Part shown: positions 60,337 through 64,000 of the stretch, piece after piece | Numbering within the stretch: the stretch's first letter is position 1 | Layout of the letters: every line of letters starts with the position of its first letter | Assembly (NCBI GenBank): GCA_043228905.1 | Contig: JBHGNT010000012.1 | Location: forward strand, 2,232,001 to 2,296,000 | Source of the DNA: Azolla caroliniana | Taxonomy: Eukaryota; Plantae; Polypodiophyta | Length of the DNA stretch: 64,000 nucleotides | Direction: 5' to 3' | The notes under the pieces: model-generated | What the model saw: the letters and a program-made list of their open reading frames with translations, nothing else | Told to the model about the DNA's origin: nothing | The model's database searches: none | Made by a program: the position numbers and the translations under genes

Positions 60337-63300
60337 ATGGAAGCTTCAGAGGACGGACCCGCTTTCGCGCATCATCCTAATGGCACTGGAAGAACGGATT
60401 CTCCTCTCCCTCCTCCTGCTCCCTCGACTCTCCATCGCCTCTGCCTACACAACAGCCTCTCCGATTCTAAAATGCCTTTCTACACCAGCGATGGATCTCG
60501 CAGAGGTACTTTCAAGGACTTTTCACTGTCGCCTTATTTCTCTCTTCTCTCTTCTTCTTCTTAACTAAGCCTTGCGAAATTAAAGAAAGAAAAAAAATGG
60601 ATCCTCTGTAGCTTTTGTCTGGAGAAATGCATAGCTTTCTTTAGGATAAAATCGTCATGTAAATTTCGATTTTTTATTTCTAAATAACATTCTTCGAGTG
60701 ATATATATTGTCTGTCAGAATGTCATTTATACGCAGATAGAATGGCTGATTTCCGAGCAGCCCGAATCTTGGAAATATGCAGATAGAATGCCAATGAAAA
60801 CATGCCTATGGCTCTCATGTTGTGTGAAATAAAGACTATTTAGGAATATAAATTTTCATTTCTTATGACAAAATTTAGTTTTTTCAAGATATGCCGAGAT
60901 GCCATGTCCGATTGCTTAGTACCTGTATTCTTCAGAAATCAGTAATTGAAACTAGGCTAATCATTTTGTGGTCAACAGTATTCATGTAACTTCCTATCAA
61001 GTACTTGTAATTGTTATTTAGGATCTCATGACTTAGGCAATGCCAATGAAAACATGCCTATGGCTCTCATGTTGTGTGAAATAGAAACTAAGAAGAAAGT
61101 TTTTCATATCAAGTACCTATAATAGTAATTACACAAAAGATTTTGAGAGACTTCTGATTTCCTGAAAATTAGTCAAATCTTTATAGTTGAGAGGAAATTG
61201 TATAATGTTAATTGTGTGTGTCCCTAAACTATGGGAACTAATGGCTGTTCCCAGTGTTTATTTTTCTGATTAAAATTCAACAATTTTGCTAAAAATTAGA
61301 ATGATTTGCTAGGGTTTTAGCTATGATGCAAACCTCAAAACTACAAGTAATCACCAAATGCATGATCTTATATATATACATAATCTCCAAATTCCATATT
61401 TTCTTTTTTCTCAGCCTTGAAATGTAGAATGTTTAGTAAAAGCTTTTCTGCTCAGGACAATGGAACTATGTGGAAATCTTAGTTTGCTCATCAGAAACAA
61501 TTTGGGAAGATGCATGTTAGGCCTTTCTAGAAGCAGAAACAAGAACAGTGTCAGTTTCATAATTTTTTGTTTCATAGAATTAAACAGCATCTGATTTCGA
61601 ACTGTAATAATAGTTTTAGATTACGATGTAAGCTCATGATATGTGTAGTATGATATTGCTAAATATATTGATAGATGCAATTATTTGCAAGTGGACTAAT
61701 ATAGAACTTCTGTTTATGTGGAAATATGTGGTACAAAATGATTCTAACAAGAAGCAGACATGTGCTGTGGTTGCAGTCACTTGGTATATTTGTGGACCAA
61801 CAGTTTATGATGCATCTCATGTTGGTCATGCAAGAAACTACCTAACGTTTGACATTATTCGAAGAGTGTTAGAGGTAAATAGAATTAAGTTCCCTCCCTA
61901 AAAATCTAATTTTCAAGAAAGTGATGAGCTTCTTTGCATTCCAGTCTTTAATGCATTTTGATTGTACTTTTCAGAGATACTTCAACTACCATGTGCTGTA
62001 TGTGATGAATGTCACCGATGTGGATGATAAAATAATTTTACGAGCACGACGAAACCACTTGCTGGAGGAATTTATGAACACAGCTGAAGATCCAAATGAG
62101 GTTTGCATTAGCTCAATTTAAGGACTTAAAAATGATTTAAGGTTGCAGATCAAATAAATGCTTCTCATGTACTTTAGATGACTAAGAAGTCATCAGAAAA
62201 GCTTTCAGTTTGAATATCATATCTACATTTTCTGTTTCACTTGGTCCTTTCCATGATGTAACATTGTTTTCTTTTTTAATTTTGACATACAACTTTTTCT
62301 TTTGACATACGTGGTAATGAAGAATGTGATTTTAAATCTCCTCACATGCATATTTTATGACATGTTTGAGGCTTCATGTGTTTATTCTTTAACGAGTCCA
62401 GACTTTGAGTATTGATGATTAGCGTGAAGATTACATATCTTTTTTCACAGCTATGCATGTATTTCCGTACTTCTTGAGATTTGCATACTGTAGGTGAATG
62501 TTGACTCGTTACTTTCATGTTCATATGCATGTTTCAAATTCAGTCTTGTTTACTATAATAATTGTTTCTTCCCTCCTTTTTGTCCTATTTTGGATTTTCT
62601 TTGCATTTGAAACTCATTAATTTCGAACTCTTGGAAAATTATGCGTTGGTAAACAAACATATTTGATAGATAAGCTACATCATTTGTTGGTATTGAAAAA
62701 AAAAACCAAGGTTAGAATGTGAGCTCATGCGTCGTGTGAAATCTTGTTCTGGGACTGTAAATATATATCGAGTGCTGGAGTCTCTAGAGCTGAGTAATCT
62801 ATATGCTATTCTATTGCACAATAATCTCGTCAAATTGGACTCCCACTCCCCCTGCTCTCCTAGAGTGTTGTTGATCCAGGTGTACTACATTGCATATGTA
62901 GCTAATATTCACTTTGTTTTCTAAATTCTGAATGTAATGGGCAATCTGCAGTTAGGCATAAATTAGAGCCAACATTCCTCAGTGGTTTTCATCTTGTTTT
63001 GTCTGAGTAAGTTTTGAGTTGCCAGGGGCAAACTATTCGATTGGAATTCTTCTTTTTTGAACATTATTTATGTATTTACGTGTGTTTATATGTAATATTA
63101 AACTCTATTACCTTTTTGTGTAAGAAACGCTCATTTAGCATTCTGTATATGCAGGTGTTGAAAGAGCTTGAGCTTGCTTTTGATAAAGAGACGCGCAAGC
63201 AAGGAACTAAGGTATACACTTAGTGACTTGTTTTTCACATATTTGCTAACTTGTTTGTTAACTGTTTCAATTTCTCAATATTATATAGGTACAGGAGGCT

Positions 63301-63810
63301 AAAGATGAACTTTCAAAGGCCAATTCAAACAAGCAACGTCAAGAACTAGAAGATGTGAGTTTTTGTATTTTAATGTGAAATGCCTGATATATTTATATAT
63401 TGAGCTATACTTTTTATGCTAATCATATGAATTGGTTTACTATATCTAGGTTGATTATCATTTTTCCAAGCATCTGATGACATGCTCCTTGATCTAAATA
63501 TGTGCATGTTATAGGCTATAGCCATATAAAGATGCTGGTTCTTCTTATAGATTATTTTGTTTCCTTACTTTTCATACTTGATATCATTTCGGTTGCAGAA
63601 ATTGAAACAAGAGGAGTTAAAGCTAGAAAAACTAAATCAATCTTTTGCAAGTTTAAAAGTTAGGGAGGGCAGTATTGCCGGCCTCGATAAGAAGGAAGGA
63701 ATCCAAAAGCTAGTTGATGGAGGTGCCTCTGATGTTCTTGCATCACATCTTGATGACCTTAGGAAAGCTGAAATAACTGATTTGGCTATATTTCGTGCAC
63801 ATGCCGCCAA
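60337..63810 (+). CDS. CARS1: Cysteinyl-tRNA synthetase (cytosolic, eukaryote type), 5' portion; exons 60337-60505, 61777-61874, 61975-62100, 63155-63211, 63289-63354, 63599-63810; continues beyond the window
   Basis: Motifs [38 protein letters not shown] (HIGH motif) and [16 protein letters not shown]; GT-AG introns with consistent phases. Confidence 0.93.
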
Positions 63811-64000
63811 GTTAGTATTTGTTCTTGGCTCTTGTTTTTCAGTGGCTTTATATGCATCTTTTGCAAAATGTAAATGCTTTCCTACAAAGTGTTTCATGCT
63901 TCTATACCTTAATTTGTTCTTCACAATGTGACATTTCTCCTCAGTATCTTGTTAATTGTGACTAAGCAAATTTGTGATTCATTGTTTGTTCTTATCTGTT

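Overview
Eukaryotic nuclear DNA from a plant, most likely a non-seed land plant such as a fern. This is inferred from spliceosomal genes, plant tRNA-iMet and tRNA-Trp primer sites, a Tcn1-like chromovirus and a eukaryote-type CysRS. Positions 422-19006 are a three-level nested LTR-retrotransposon stack: a Tnt1/Tork-like Copia, containing a tRNA-Trp-primed non-chromoviral Gypsy, containing an intact self-priming chromovirus. All three have readable LTR pairs and TSDs. A second full-length copy of the Copia (46335-51704) sits inside a decayed relative of the Trp-primed Gypsy. There are two host genes: a complete 6-exon DUF789 gene (minus strand, 23465-26801) and the 5' part of a cysteinyl-tRNA synthetase (plus strand, from 60337). 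The rest is AT-rich intergenic DNA with LINE remnants, a hAT MITE, a solo LTR, tandem and fold-back repeats, and microsatellites. The most notable cis-signals are two complete -1 frameshift cassettes (one placed after the protease), a Tf1-type self-priming site, and antisense tRNA-like A-box/B-box cassettes inside the LTRs of two unrelated Gypsy families. All coordinates were read by eye and no database searches were run.
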